Source of the DNA: an uncultured Clostridia bacterium | GTDB taxonomy: Bacteria > Bacillota > Clostridia > Christensenellales > CAG-138 | DNA length: 64,000 bases | Direction of reading: 5' to 3' | Assembly: GCA_947306125.1 (NCBI GenBank) | Contig: CAMZFO010000001.1 | Span: 3,153 to 67,152 of the forward strand | In this document: piece by piece, positions 17,842 to 27,247 of the stretch | Position numbering within the stretch: the stretch's first letter is position 1 | Layout: every line of letters starts with the position of its first letter | Notes under the pieces: model-generated | Database searches by the model: none | Told to the model about the DNA's origin: nothing | Seen by the model: the letters and a program-made list of their open reading frames with translations, nothing else | Translations under genes and position numbers: made by a program

Positions 17842-17870
17842 TTGACTTTCCTGCGGCATTCAGATATAAT
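17842..17870 (+). promoter_or_regulatory. Consensus sigma-A promoter of the GT2 gene
   Basis: TTGACT-17 nt-TATAAT, 35 nt upstream of ATG 17906. Confidence 0.65.
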
Positions 17871-17905
17871 GTTACCTGATCAATAAGCCTTACGGAGGTT
17901 TTGAA

Positions 17906-18838
17906 ATGGAAAAGATGCTTTCGCTCATCGTCCCCGTTTACAACGAGGAGGAGGTGCTCCCCGAGTCCTTCCGTCAGATGGACGCGGAAATGAAGAAGAT
18001 AGGCTATCCCTATGAGATAATCTACGTGAACGACGGCAGCCGCGACGGCTCCATGAAGATTCTGCGCGGGATCGCCGCCGCCAATCCGCAGGTCAAGGTG
18101 CGCTCGTTCAGCCGCAACTTCGGTCATCAGACCGCCGTCACCTGCGGCATGGACGCCGCGAAGGGCGATGCGCTCATAATAATCGACGTCGACCTGCAGG
18201 ATCCGCCAGAGGTCATAGGCCGCATGGTGGAGGAATGGGAAAAGGGCGCGGACATCGCCTACGGCAAGCGCCTCAAGAGGAAGGGCGAGACCATTTTCAA
18301 GAAAGTCACGGCCTTCGCCTACTACCGCGTTTTGAAGGCTATGAGTGCCTCGGCGATCCCCCTCGACACCGGCGATTTCCGCCTGATAGACCGCAAGGTG
18401 GCGGACGTATTCCTCAGGATGCGCGAGCATAACCGTTTCCTGCGCGGCATGAGCGGCTGGATGGGCTTCGAGGCGGTGCCCGTGGAGTACGTGCGCAACG
18501 AGCGCTTCGCCGGCAAGACCAAGTACACCCTCAAAAAGATGCTGCGTCTGGCCTCCGACGGGATCGTGGGCTTCTCCGACAGGCCCCTGACCCTCTGCGG
18601 CGAGTTCGGCGGGCTGCTGCTGTTTTTGACCTTGCTGGGGCTTATAGCCCTCATAGTGCTCGCCTGCTGCAAGGTCCCCTTCCCCGCCTGGCTCTGGGCG
18701 GTATGCGGGCTGGTCGCGCTCAACGCGATAACGCTGCTCTTCATGAGTCTGCAGGGCATGTATATGAACCGCATGTACGACGAGCTCAAGGACAGGCCGC
18801 TCTATATCGTCGCCGAAGAACTGAATATGGACAAGTGA
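17906..18838 (+). CDS. Family 2 glycosyltransferase (polyprenyl-phosphate sugar transferase, GtrB/ArnC-like) with C-terminal TM helices
   Basis: 310 aa: LSLIVPVYNEEEVL..., ...YVNDGSRDGS..., ...IIIDVDLQDPPE..., with two C-terminal TM segments. Confidence 0.85.
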   Translation: MEKMLSLIVPVYNEEEVLPESFRQMDAEMKKIGYPYEIIYVNDGSRDGSMKILRGIAAANPQVKVRSFSRNFGHQTAVTCGMDAAKGDALIIIDVDLQDPPEVIGRMVEEWEKGADIAYGKRLKRKGETIFKKVTAFAYYRVLKAMSASAIPLDTGDFRLIDRKVADVFLRMREHNRFLRGMSGWMGFEAVPVEYVRNERFAGKTKYTLKKMLRLASDGIVGFSDRPLTLCGEFGGLLLFLTLLGLIALIVLACCKVPFPAWLWAVCGLVALNAITLLFMSLQGMYMNRMYDELKDRPLYIVAEELNMDK

Positions 18839-18848
18839 TAAAGGCCGT

Positions 18849-18878
18849 CAGCCCCCGCGATTGAGCGGGGGCTGTTTT
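18849..18878 (+). terminator. Rho-independent terminator of the GT2 gene
   Basis: CAGCCCCCGC-GATTGA-GCGGGGGCTG followed by TTTT. Confidence 0.8.
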
Positions 18879-18892
18879 GATACCTTATGCGC

Positions 18893-18921
18893 TTGACAAT
18901 TTTTGTATACAATAGTAGAAT
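18893..18921 (+). promoter_or_regulatory. Sigma-A promoter of the 18978..21638 gene
   Basis: TTGACA-17 nt-TAGAAT. Confidence 0.65.
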
Positions 18922-18977
18922 TACTTGTGTATCAATTACACGGATGGAGCAAAGCCGTCCGGGAAAGGGAGAATAAT

Positions 18978-21638
18978 ATGAAAAGATCCATTGCACTGTT
19001 GGTCGCAGCGCTGCTTGCGTTCGGAGCGTTTTCCGGCGTATTCGCCGGGAGCTACGAGCCCGCAGACACTCCCACTCAAGGCTACTGCGGCCCGAGTATA
19101 GCATGGGAGTACTCTAATGGCAGGCTCACTCTTACCGGCTCCGGCAACATGACGGAAAACACCTCGTACAGCAATACGTGGGCGCCGTGGTATGCCCTGC
19201 GTGAGCAGATAACCTCCGTTACCATGAGCGCGGATATAACCAGTATAAGCGCTTATGCCTTCAACGAGCTGAGCCACATAACATCGGTAACGATACCCTC
19301 ACACGCGGAGAGCATAGGCATAGGCGCCTTCAACTGGTGCTCGAGCCTGAGGAACATTTACGTCGGCACGGGCAGCAGCCATTTCGTTTCCGTTGACGGC
19401 GTTGTGTTCAGCAGCGACCTCAGGACTCTGGCGTTCTTCCCCACCGGAAGGAGCGGCGAATACACCGTTCCCGAAGGGACGGAAAAGATAGGAAATCACG
19501 CCTTCTTCTCCTGCATAATCAATAAGGTGACCGTGCCCGAGGGCGTTACGGCAATAGAAAGCGCCGGCTTCATGTCCTGCATGGAGATGACGGAGGTACT
19601 GCTTCCCGAATCGCTCGTTTCCATTGCGGACAAGGCCTTTTATAACTGCTGTGAGCTCACCTCGGTCGTACTGGGTGAAAACGTTGCGGTGCTCGATACC
19701 CTGTGCTTCGCGTACTGCAGACAGCTGACGGTTGCGGAGGCTTACGGCCCCGCTCCCACCTCATACGGCTACAGCATGTTCCTTGAAACCGGCGAGGGCT
19801 TCCGCATCCGCTATCCTTATGAGCTGCGCTCCTCGTGGGATACCAATTATAACGGCTACTGGACGGTTTCGAATCACGAAAGATACCGCCTTGAGCCCCG
19901 CTATCCCGCGGGAGGCACGGCGGGCGACAACATAACCTGGACCTGGGATCAGGATGCTCTTACGCTCACCGTGACCGGCACGGGCGCCATGCCCGATTTC
20001 ACAAACGACGGCGGCGCTCCCTGGAGCTGTATAAACGAGATGGCCCAAACCGTCGTGATAGGCGAGGGCATAACGGATATAGGCGATTACGCCTTCACCT
20101 CGTTCTATGCCCTGACCGACCTCACGATACCCTCTACCGTAAAGCGCATTGGCGTGCAGGCGTTTGAAAACTGCTCCGCGCTCCAGACCGTAACGCTCCC
20201 CGCCGGGATCACCTCAGTGGATTACGGCGCTTTCCAGTACTGCTATAACCTCACCTCCGCGGTATTCCTCGGCGAGCCGCCCGCAGTATTCGGCGAAGAC
20301 GTGTTCTATGAGTGCGGAGACGGCTTCTGCATTGGCTACTTTTCGGCATACGCCTCCGCCTGGGCGCCCAACGGCGAGATATTCTGGAACGGCTATTTCA
20401 TAAGGCCCGTGGACGCGGAGGTCAATTACGGCATATGTGGCCCTTCGCTCGCGTGGCAGTTTGACGAGGAGACGGGCGTGCTTACCATAACCGGCACGGG
20501 CTGGATGTACAGCTTCTATGATCTTGAGGAAGCGCAGCCCTGGGATGAGTATAAGGATAACATAACCTCAGTTGTGATCGAGGAAGGCGCGGAGAGCATA
20601 GGCCGGAACGCGTTTGCGCAGTATCCCGCGATCGAAACGGTCTATATCCCCACTACTGTCAGCAGCATCGAGGATTACTGCTTCACCGCCTGTCCGCAGC
20701 TTCAGAGCATATTCGTGGCCGAGGGCAGCGAGTACTATTATGATATCGACGGCGTGCTCTGTGGCTTCAATGTGGGCGGCGGAGATATCCCCATTTCGAA
20801 AGACGGCGACGACGATGAGCCCGTTACCGTTTACCTCATCCGCTATCCGGCAGGCAGGAGCGGCGCTTACACCGTTCCCGCAGAGGTGACGAATATCGGC
20901 AGCGGCGCGTTCATAATGTGCAGCGGGCTCACCGGTATCGCTCTCCATAACGGTATCACGGAGATCGGTTCGGAGGCGTTCATTTACTGCACCGCGCTCA
21001 CTTCTGTCACCATTCCCGGCAACGATATGAGCATAAACGGATATGCTTTCGCCGGCAGCGGGCTCATTTCGCTGGTGTTCGAGGAGGGAAGCCATTGGAC
21101 GGGCGATTACAGCTTTGCCGAGTGCGCCTCGCTCACAAGCATCACGTTCCCCTCCACTTTCGTTTACATAGGCTACCGCGCATTTGAGAACTGCACCGCG
21201 CTCGAGGAGATAATTCTGCCCGAATCCTTAGCGGATATCGAGTATTACGCCTTCGGCGGCTGCACGAGCCTCTCCCGCGCGGTATTCATGGGCCCCGTCC
21301 CCGAGTATTACAGCATCCCCATTTTCGACGACTGCGCGGAGGATTTCTGCATCTACTATGCCGAGGAATACGCCTCCTCCTGGGCGCCCGAAGGCGAGAC
21401 GGAGTGGGAGGAATATCCCATAGCGCCCTTGAGCGAAATGCCGCCGGCGATCGCTCCCGGCGATCTTGACGGCGACGGCGTCATTTCCATGTCGGACGTC
21501 ACGATGCTCTCAATGTTCCTGAACGGCGAGAACCCGCAGATCTCCTCCTCCGGCCTGCAGGCCGCCGACGCGAACGGCGACGGCACGGTGGATATCCGCG
21601 ATATCGCGGCGATATACCAGAAGATAGCACAGAGCTGA
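18978..21638 (+). CDS. Secreted LRR (BspA-like, divergent repeat type) protein with C-terminal dockerin
   Basis: Start set at ATG 18978 (MKRSIALLVAALLAFGAFSGVFAG, GGGAG SD) rather than the track start 18903. It has three LRR blocks, each introduced by a ...CGxxxxWxxD...LTxTGTG.M module. The C-terminus GDLDGDGVISMSDVTMLSMFLNGENPQ...ADANGDGTVDIRDIAAIYQKI is dockerin-like. Confidence 0.9.
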   Translation: MKRSIALLVAALLAFGAFSGVFAGSYEPADTPTQGYCGPSIAWEYSNGRLTLTGSGNMTENTSYSNTWAPWYALREQITSVTMSADITSISAYAFNELSHITSVTIPSHAESIGIGAFNWCSSLRNIYVGTGSSHFVSVDGVVFSSDLRTLAFFPTGRSGEYTVPEGTEKIGNHAFFSCIINKVTVPEGVTAIESAGFMSCMEMTEVLLPESLVSIADKAFYNCCELTSVVLGENVAVLDTLCFAYCRQLTVAEAYGPAPTSYGYSMFLETGEGFRIRYPYELRSSWDTNYNGYWTVSNHERYRLEPRYPAGGTAGDNITWTWDQDALTLTVTGTGAMPDFTNDGGAPWSCINEMAQTVVIGEGITDIGDYAFTSFYALTDLTIPSTVKRIGVQAFENCSALQTVTLPAGITSVDYGAFQYCYNLTSAVFLGEPPAVFGEDVFYECGDGFCIGYFSAYASAWAPNGEIFWNGYFIRPVDAEVNYGICGPSLAWQFDEETGVLTITGTGWMYSFYDLEEAQPWDEYKDNITSVVIEEGAESIGRNAFAQYPAIETVYIPTTVSSIEDYCFTACPQLQSIFVAEGSEYYYDIDGVLCGFNVGGGDIPISKDGDDDEPVTVYLIRYPAGRSGAYTVPAEVTNIGSGAFIMCSGLTGIALHNGITEIGSEAFIYCTALTSVTIPGNDMSINGYAFAGSGLISLVFEEGSHWTGDYSFAECASLTSITFPSTFVYIGYRAFENCTALEEIILPESLADIEYYAFGGCTSLSRAVFMGPVPEYYSIPIFDDCAEDFCIYYAEEYASSWAPEGETEWEEYPIAPLSEMPPAIAPGDLDGDGVISMSDVTMLSMFLNGENPQISSSGLQAADANGDGTVDIRDIAAIYQKIAQS

Positions 21639-21651
21639 CACAAGCATCATA

Positions 21652-21685
21652 CGGCGCGCTTCCTGCAGAGGCGCGCCGGCTTTTT
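21652..21685 (+). terminator. Rho-independent terminator
   Basis: CGGCGCGC-11 nt loop-GCGCGCCG followed by GCTTTTT. It is a near-copy of the terminator at 23791-23821. Confidence 0.75.
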
Positions 21686-21706
21686 CATCGTTCTTCGTTC
21701 GCAATA

Positions 21707-21734
21707 TTGACAAACCGAAGCGATGCGATAAAAT
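21707..21734 (+). promoter_or_regulatory. Sigma-A promoter of the 21774..23777 gene
   Basis: TTGACA-16 nt-TAAAAT, with AAAGGAGG SD before ATG 21774. Confidence 0.6.
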
Positions 21735-21773
21735 GGATCCATAACCATATATAATCAAAAAAAGGAGGCAGCC

Positions 21774-23777
21774 ATGAAAAAGACTTTAGCGATCCTTATT
21801 GCAGTCCTGCTCGTGTTCGGCTCGTTCTGCGGCGCTTTTGCCGGCAGCGTGAGCGGAACCGAAAGGAAAGAAAAGCCCGAGCCGCTTAAGGAGGTCTATT
21901 CCGGCACCTGCGGCGCAAACCTCAACTGGACTCTTGATACCGGAACCGGCGTGCTGGAGATCACCGGCACGGGGGATATGACCGATTGGGTGAGCGAGCT
22001 ATACGTTCCGTGGCGCGAGCATATTCCATATATAAAAACTGTTGTTGTCGGAGAAGACGTGACGAAAATAGGCAACTCTGCATTTAAAAAATGCACCGAG
22101 CTCACCGCCGTGACCATCCCGAACAGCGTGACGAGCATAGGCAAAGCTGCTTTTGAATACTGCACATCGCTCACCGCCGTGAGTATTCCAGCAGGCGTGA
22201 CGAATATAATCGGATCCCCGTTCCTTGACTGCTCCGCTCTTACGGTAATAACAGTCGATGGGAACAACCAATACTACTCCTCCGAGGGCGACGTGCTTTT
22301 CAATAAAGCGGGAACCGAATTGATCCGGTGTCCAGAAGGGAAAGCGGGAGATTACACGATCCCCGAAAGCGTTGTAATCATCAACGATTATGCGTTCAGC
22401 CACTGTTCCCTGCTCACTTCTGTGACCATTCCCGAAGGTGTTGAGAGTATTGGAGAGTATGCTTTCCAGAGCTGCAGCTCGCTCACCTCCGTGAATATCC
22501 CAGGCAGCGTGATGAGCATAAGCGAAGCCGCGTTCCTTAACTGCACCTCGCTTACCTCCGTAATCATCGGGAACGGCGTGACGAGCATAAGCTGGTTTGC
22601 TTTCAAGCTCTGCAGCTCACTCACATCCGTGACCATACCGGACAGCGTGACGAGCATAGGCAATTATGCGTTCTCGAATTGCAGCTCGCTCACATCCGTG
22701 ACCATACCGGACAGCGTGACGAGCATAGGCAATTATGCGTTCGATTACTGCAGCTCGCTCGCATCCGCGACCATCGGGAATAGCGTGACGAGCATAGGCT
22801 TTGGAGCGATCTGGTACTGCAGCTCGCTCACCTTTATAGATGTTGCTGTTGATAATCAAGCATATTCCTCCCTTGACGGAGTGCTGTTTAATAAGGATGG
22901 GAGTGAGCTGATCTGTTACCCGGGTGGAAAGGTCGGCGCTTATTCCATACCGGAAAGTGTGACTAGCATCGGCGACGGGGCGTTCGGCGGGTGTAGTTCG
23001 CTCATGTCCGTGATCATCCCGGACAGCGTAACGAGCATTGGTTATCTGGCGTTCATTGACTGCCGCTCGCTCACATCCGCGACCATACCGGACAGCGTTA
23101 CGAGCATGGGCCGTAGTGCGTTCTATAACTGCAGATCACTCACCTCCGCGACCATCGGTAACAGTGTGACGAGCATAGACACTAACGCGTTCTATGACTG
23201 CAGATCGCTCACATCCGTGACAATCGGTAACAGTGTTACGAGCATAGGTACTGACGCGTTCTCTAACTGCATCTCGCTCACCTCCGTGAATATCCCGGAC
23301 AGCGTGACGAGCATAAGCAATTATGCGTTCTATTGCTGCACCTCGCTTGCCTTTGTGACCATAGGAAACGGCGTGACGAGCATAGGCAAGTATGCGTTCT
23401 ATTACTGCAGATCGCTCACTTCCGCCGTTTTCCTCGGGGCGCCGCCCTCTTCATTTGGATCGTCCGTGTTCAGCAACTGTGCCGCTGACTTCTGCATTTA
23501 CTACACTGAGGGCTACGCCTCCTCCTGGGCGCCTAACGGCGAGACCGAATGGCACGGATACCCCATACACATGATCGGCGGGACGGTCGCCGAGCCCGGC
23601 GATCTTGACGGCGACGGCGTCATTTCCATGTCGGACGTCACGACGCTCTCTATGTTCCTGAACGGCGAGAACCCGCAGATCTCCTCCTCCGGCCTGCAGG
23701 CCGCCGACGCGAACGGCGACGGCACGGTAGATATAAGGGATATCGCGGCGATATACCTGAAGATAGCACTGAGCTGA
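21774..23777 (+). CDS. Secreted BspA-type LRR protein with C-terminal dockerin (paralog of 8434..12312)
   Basis: 667 aa with signal peptide MKKTLAILIAVLLVFGSFCGAFAG. The N-terminal module VYSGTCGANLNWTLDTGTGVLEITGTGDMTDW is shared with 8434..12312. It has about 20 units of the 23-aa LRR. The C-terminal dockerin is nearly identical to that of 18978..21638. Confidence 0.9.
   Translation: MKKTLAILIAVLLVFGSFCGAFAGSVSGTERKEKPEPLKEVYSGTCGANLNWTLDTGTGVLEITGTGDMTDWVSELYVPWREHIPYIKTVVVGEDVTKIGNSAFKKCTELTAVTIPNSVTSIGKAAFEYCTSLTAVSIPAGVTNIIGSPFLDCSALTVITVDGNNQYYSSEGDVLFNKAGTELIRCPEGKAGDYTIPESVVIINDYAFSHCSLLTSVTIPEGVESIGEYAFQSCSSLTSVNIPGSVMSISEAAFLNCTSLTSVIIGNGVTSISWFAFKLCSSLTSVTIPDSVTSIGNYAFSNCSSLTSVTIPDSVTSIGNYAFDYCSSLASATIGNSVTSIGFGAIWYCSSLTFIDVAVDNQAYSSLDGVLFNKDGSELICYPGGKVGAYSIPESVTSIGDGAFGGCSSLMSVIIPDSVTSIGYLAFIDCRSLTSATIPDSVTSMGRSAFYNCRSLTSATIGNSVTSIDTNAFYDCRSLTSVTIGNSVTSIGTDAFSNCISLTSVNIPDSVTSISNYAFYCCTSLAFVTIGNGVTSIGKYAFYYCRSLTSAVFLGAPPSSFGSSVFSNCAADFCIYYTEGYASSWAPNGETEWHGYPIHMIGGTVAEPGDLDGDGVISMSDVTTLSMFLNGENPQISSSGLQAADANGDGTVDIRDIAAIYLKIALS
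22620..22757 (+). repeat. Near-perfect 69-bp tandem duplication inside the LRR array
   Basis: Units 22620-22688 and 22689-22757 are identical (ctcacatccgtgaccataccggacagcgtgacgagcataggcaattatgcgttc...) except for a few bases near ttctcgaattgc versus ttcgattactgc. The repeat is in frame, one 23-aa LRR each. Confidence 0.85.
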
Positions 23778-23790
23778 CGCAAGCATCATA

Positions 23791-23821
23791 CGGCGCGCTT
23801 TTTCCGAGGCGCGCCGTTTTT
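23791..23821 (+). terminator. Rho-independent terminator (overlaps the stop of convergent spoIIP)
   Basis: CGGCGCGC-loop-GCGCGCCG followed by TTTTTATT. Confidence 0.75.
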
Positions 23822-24941
23822 ATTGCTCCGGGAGCCCGAGCGAGGCGATGGCTTTTGCGAGGAAGCGCATGGAGTTTTCGGCCTGTTCGAGCGTATTGCC
23901 GTTATGCCCCACCTCGACGAGCAGGCATTTATCCGATACCTGCTGATTGTACTTGCCCGACTTTACGCGGATATTGCGCATAAAATCGGGGTCGTATGAG
24001 AGCAGGGTCTCCGTCAGGCGCACAGCGAGGGCGTAATTCGACTCGAAATCGGGCATATCATGCTCGGTGTCCGGCGCCTCGGAGGGGGCGAATTGCGAGC
24101 TCTTGCCGCTCTTGCCCGTGCCTACAACGAACATCATACGCGCGCACTCGAGCCCGTCCACCGTGACGAAATCATCCTCCCAGCCCGTATCCGCCACGCC
24201 GTCCCGATGCAGATCGATGAACATTTCGAGCGAGGGATACTCCTCCTTATACCTGCGCATGGTCTCCAGCGAGCGCGAATAAGCGGAGGTGATGAGCGGC
24301 TTTTCGTGCTTTTCGGAGGCGTGCAGCGCGCGTATGCCGTACTCCTCCCAGAGCAGTCTTTTAAGCTCCTCCCCCACCGCGTACACGTTATGCCCGTCAT
24401 CCTCCGTGCGGCAGTTCCCGGAGGGCGCGTAGGTCGAATCCGGAGTCTGGCGGTATGCTTCCGTATCGTGCGTGTGGTAAATGAGCACCGTGGGCTCGTC
24501 CCCCTTCAGCTCGACGCCGCCGCTCTCGGGCTCTATGCCGACGAGCTTTATCACGACCTCCGGGCTGACGTCGCGGTCCACGTCCGCAAGCCTTATTACG
24601 AGCGTCGGATCGGCGGTGGGCCGGGGAGTCGCCTGCGGGGGCGACGCGGAGGGCTCCCGCCTCACGCCTCCGACCAAGACCGTGAGCCCGACAAGGCCCG
24701 GATCGAGCACGGTCGAAAAGAGCAGCGCAAGCATTATGGCTATAGCCGCGGCAAGCGCCGCCGCCCGCTCGCGCAGCAGCTTGAGCTCAGCCGGCTCGGG
24801 CTTCCTCGTTTGCCTTTCCCCCGCCTTTCCCCGTGCGGAAAAGGCGTCAGCGTTAAGCTGACGGATGAGGGTTATACGATCGCTCCGAGATACCTTTGGA
24901 GGGATTTCATCCTTATTTTCGCGCACAGGCCGCCTCCTCAT
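23820..24941 (-). CDS. spoIIP: Stage II sporulation protein P (SpoIIP-family cell-wall amidase)
   Basis: An N-terminal TM (AAAIAIMLALLFSTVL) is followed by VLIYHTHDTEAYRQTP..., ...IDLHRDGV..., ...LLVEVGHNGNTLEQAENS..., typical of SpoIIP. The start is uncertain: ATG 24941, GTG 24926 (best SD, GAGGAGG 6 nt upstream) or the track start 25022 (no SD). Confidence 0.8.
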   Translation of the reverse strand: MRRRPVRENKDEIPPKVSRSDRITLIRQLNADAFSARGKAGERQTRKPEPAELKLLRERAAALAAAIAIMLALLFSTVLDPGLVGLTVLVGGVRREPSASPPQATPRPTADPTLVIRLADVDRDVSPEVVIKLVGIEPESGGVELKGDEPTVLIYHTHDTEAYRQTPDSTYAPSGNCRTEDDGHNVYAVGEELKRLLWEEYGIRALHASEKHEKPLITSAYSRSLETMRRYKEEYPSLEMFIDLHRDGVADTGWEDDFVTVDGLECARMMFVVGTGKSGKSSQFAPSEAPDTEHDMPDFESNYALAVRLTETLLSYDPDFMRNIRVKSGKYNQQVSDKCLLVEVGHNGNTLEQAENSMRFLAKAIASLGLPEQ

Positions 24942-25040
24942 TCGTTCCGTATGTGTATCTAAATCTATTCGGCGCCGCGGCTCATTATGATTTTTTGCTC
25001 CGGAAAGGGGCGAAAACGGCATTTTTCACTAAAATAACTC

Positions 25041-25070
25041 TTGTTTATGCCCGACCACCTGTGCTATAAT
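25041..25070 (+). promoter_or_regulatory. Candidate sigma-A promoter of the pepP-efp operon
   Basis: TTGTTT-18 nt-TATAAT with TGC directly upstream of the -10 (extended -10). Confidence 0.5.
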
Positions 25071-25160
25071 ATTATTTTGTAAAAGGGGGCTCATATCGAC
25101 AAGGATGCGCCCGTCATCTCAAGCCGCCCGTTCCGGCGGCGGAAGGGAGTTGATCTGACT

Positions 25161-26231
25161 ATGCTAAAGGAAAGATGCGATAAGCTCATGGCTGCTCTGG
25201 AAGCAGAGGGCGTCGACGGCGCCATCATCACCTCCGGTACCAACATTCGCTATTTTTCCAACTTCACGAGCGATGAATCCGTGCTCGTCATCTCAAAGGA
25301 CAGGCGCGTGCTGCTCACCGATTTCCGCTATACCATTCAGGCGAGGGAATTGAGCGCTCCCGCATTCGAGGTCGTCGAGACCTCCCGTGCGATAGCCGCC
25401 GACGAGATCGCTCAGGTCATTAAGGAAATGGGCGTTTCCCGCTGTGCCTTCGAGGACGGATACCTCACCGTACGCGCTTTCAACAACTATAAGGATCTGC
25501 CAGTGGAGCTCGTGCCCATGACCCCGGTCATTGACGGGGTAAGGCTCGTGAAGAACGGGTATGAGATCGAGTGCCTCAAGAAGGCGCAGGCGATAGCGGA
25601 CGAGGCCTTCGCCGAGCTTATCACCAAGATCCATGCCGGGCAGACCGAAAAGGAAGTCGCGAACGAGCTGGATCATCTGCTGCGCATGCACGGCGCCGAT
25701 GAAAACTCCTTCGACACCATAGTGGGCTCCGGCCCCAACGGCGCTCTCTGCCACGCCACTCCCGGCGCAAGGAAGCTCAAGGAGGGCGATCTTGTGGTCA
25801 TCGACTTCGGCTGCAAGTACAAAGGCTACTGCTCCGATATGACGAGGACGGTCGCCATCGGCGAGCCCTGCGACGAGCTCAAAAAGATATATGGGATAGT
25901 GCTCAAGGCGCAGCTTAAAGCGCTCGAGGCATTGAAGCCCAACATGAGCGCGAAGGAGCTTGACGGGGTCGCCCGCGGCGTTATCACCGACGAGGGCTAC
26001 GGCGAGTGCTTCGGACATTCCCTGGGCCACGGCTTCGGCCTCGACATACACGAGGCGCCCTATGCGAGCACCCGCTCGAACGACGCTCTCGTTCCCGGCT
26101 GCACGATCACCGTCGAGCCCGGCATATACGTCGAGGGCCTCGGCGGCGTCCGCATCGAGGACGACTGCGTGCTCACGGAGGATGGGTTCATCAACCTCGC
26201 CTCCACGACTAAGGAAATGATAATAATTTGA
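25161..26231 (+). CDS. M24-family Xaa-Pro aminopeptidase/dipeptidase
   Basis: 356 aa with an N-terminal creatinase-like domain and the M24 metal ligands context (...[19 protein letters not shown]..., ...[14 protein letters not shown]..., ...TVEPGIY...RIED). It sits in the classic position upstream of efp. Confidence 0.85.
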   Translation: MLKERCDKLMAALEAEGVDGAIITSGTNIRYFSNFTSDESVLVISKDRRVLLTDFRYTIQARELSAPAFEVVETSRAIAADEIAQVIKEMGVSRCAFEDGYLTVRAFNNYKDLPVELVPMTPVIDGVRLVKNGYEIECLKKAQAIADEAFAELITKIHAGQTEKEVANELDHLLRMHGADENSFDTIVGSGPNGALCHATPGARKLKEGDLVVIDFGCKYKGYCSDMTRTVAIGEPCDELKKIYGIVLKAQLKALEALKPNMSAKELDGVARGVITDEGYGECFGHSLGHGFGLDIHEAPYASTRSNDALVPGCTITVEPGIYVEGLGGVRIEDDCVLTEDGFINLASTTKEMIII

Positions 26232-26292
26232 CCTAATGCGGGGATCTCCGCTTCGGTATATCAAACAAAAAATATTACTTTGGAGGTATTTT

Positions 26293-26850
26293 ATGATTTT
26301 AGCAGGCGATTTTCGCAAGGGTATCACCGTCGAGATAGACGGTCAGGTCTGGTCCATTGCCGATTTCCAGCACGTTAAGCCCGGCAAGGGCGCGGCTTTC
26401 GTCAGGACCCGTCTTAAGAACGTCATGACCGGCGCCGTTCTCGAAAAGACCTTCTCCCCCACCGACAAGTATCCCACCGCTCACATCGAGACCCGTGAGA
26501 TGCAGTACCTTTACAACGACGGCGATCTCTACACCTTCATGGACGTAGAGAACTACGAGCAGCTCGAGCTCAACCACGATCAGGTCGAGGACGCCATCAA
26601 CTTCATCGTTGAGAACATGAACGTCACCATCCGCTTCTACAAGGGCAAGGCGTTCTCCGTCGCCGCTCCCAACTTCGTTGAGCTCACCATTACCGAGTGC
26701 GAGCCCGGCGTCCGCGGCGATACCGCCACCAACGTCACCAAGCAGGCGACCGTTGAGACCGGCTACGTTGTGAACGTTCCCCTCTTCGTGAACGAGGGCG
26801 ACCGCATCCGCATCGACACCCGCACCGGTGAATACATGGAGCGCTGCTGA
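26293..26850 (+). CDS. efp: Elongation factor P
   Basis: 185 aa from ATG 26293 (GGAGG SD 7 nt upstream): [22 protein letters not shown]...[18 protein letters not shown]... The track start 26236 is an upstream extension. Confidence 0.95.
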   Translation: MILAGDFRKGITVEIDGQVWSIADFQHVKPGKGAAFVRTRLKNVMTGAVLEKTFSPTDKYPTAHIETREMQYLYNDGDLYTFMDVENYEQLELNHDQVEDAINFIVENMNVTIRFYKGKAFSVAAPNFVELTITECEPGVRGDTATNVTKQATVETGYVVNVPLFVNEGDRIRIDTRTGEYMERC

Positions 26851-27233
26851 TGAAACAGAAGATAGCATATCTTAAGGGGCTCATGGACGGCATGAAGCTT
26901 GCGGAGGATGATAATTCCAAGCTTCTGCGCACCATTGCCGATTGCCTCGAGCGCATCGCGGAAGAGGTCGAGACCGAGTCCGCCCGCGTCGACAATATCG
27001 AGTCCGAGATCGAAGAGCTCAACAACGACGTTGACGACCTCGACGAGGTCCTCGGTTTCCTGCTTGAGGAAGAGGACGAAGAGGACGACGAAGACGATGA
27101 GGATTGGGAGGACGATTTCGACTATTTCACCTGCCCGAACTGCGGCGAGGTAGTCCCCGTAGACGAGGAGATGCTTCAGAAGGAAGCCGATCCCATCTGT
27201 CCCAACTGCAACTCAAAGCTTTTCGGAGAATAA
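26850..27233 (+). CDS. Acidic zinc-ribbon protein (CD1247 N-terminal-domain family, recalled as commonly following efp in Clostridia)
   Basis: 127 aa. Its ATG overlaps the efp stop by 1 nt. It has a poly-Asp/Glu tract and then CPNCG...CPNC. Confidence 0.7.
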   Translation: MKQKIAYLKGLMDGMKLAEDDNSKLLRTIADCLERIAEEVETESARVDNIESEIEELNNDVDDLDEVLGFLLEEEDEEDDEDDEDWEDDFDYFTCPNCGEVVPVDEEMLQKEADPICPNCNSKLFGE

Positions 27234-27247
27234 AAAGCGATCGAAAA

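Noticed and set aside
17783-18430. 215-aa minus-strand ORF overlapping the end of the CHAP gene and the GT2 gene
   Set aside because: It is antisense to a clear GT2 glycosyltransferase, crosses a promoter region, and has no SD or motif.
18903-18977. N-terminal extensions given by the ORF track for several genes (5705, 18903, 26236, 27104, 36452, 38528, 45391, 49363, 59059, 61084, 63792)
   Set aside because: In each case an internal ATG has a proper SD and yields the canonical family N-terminus or a signal peptide. The extension overlaps an upstream gene, promoter, terminator or riboswitch.
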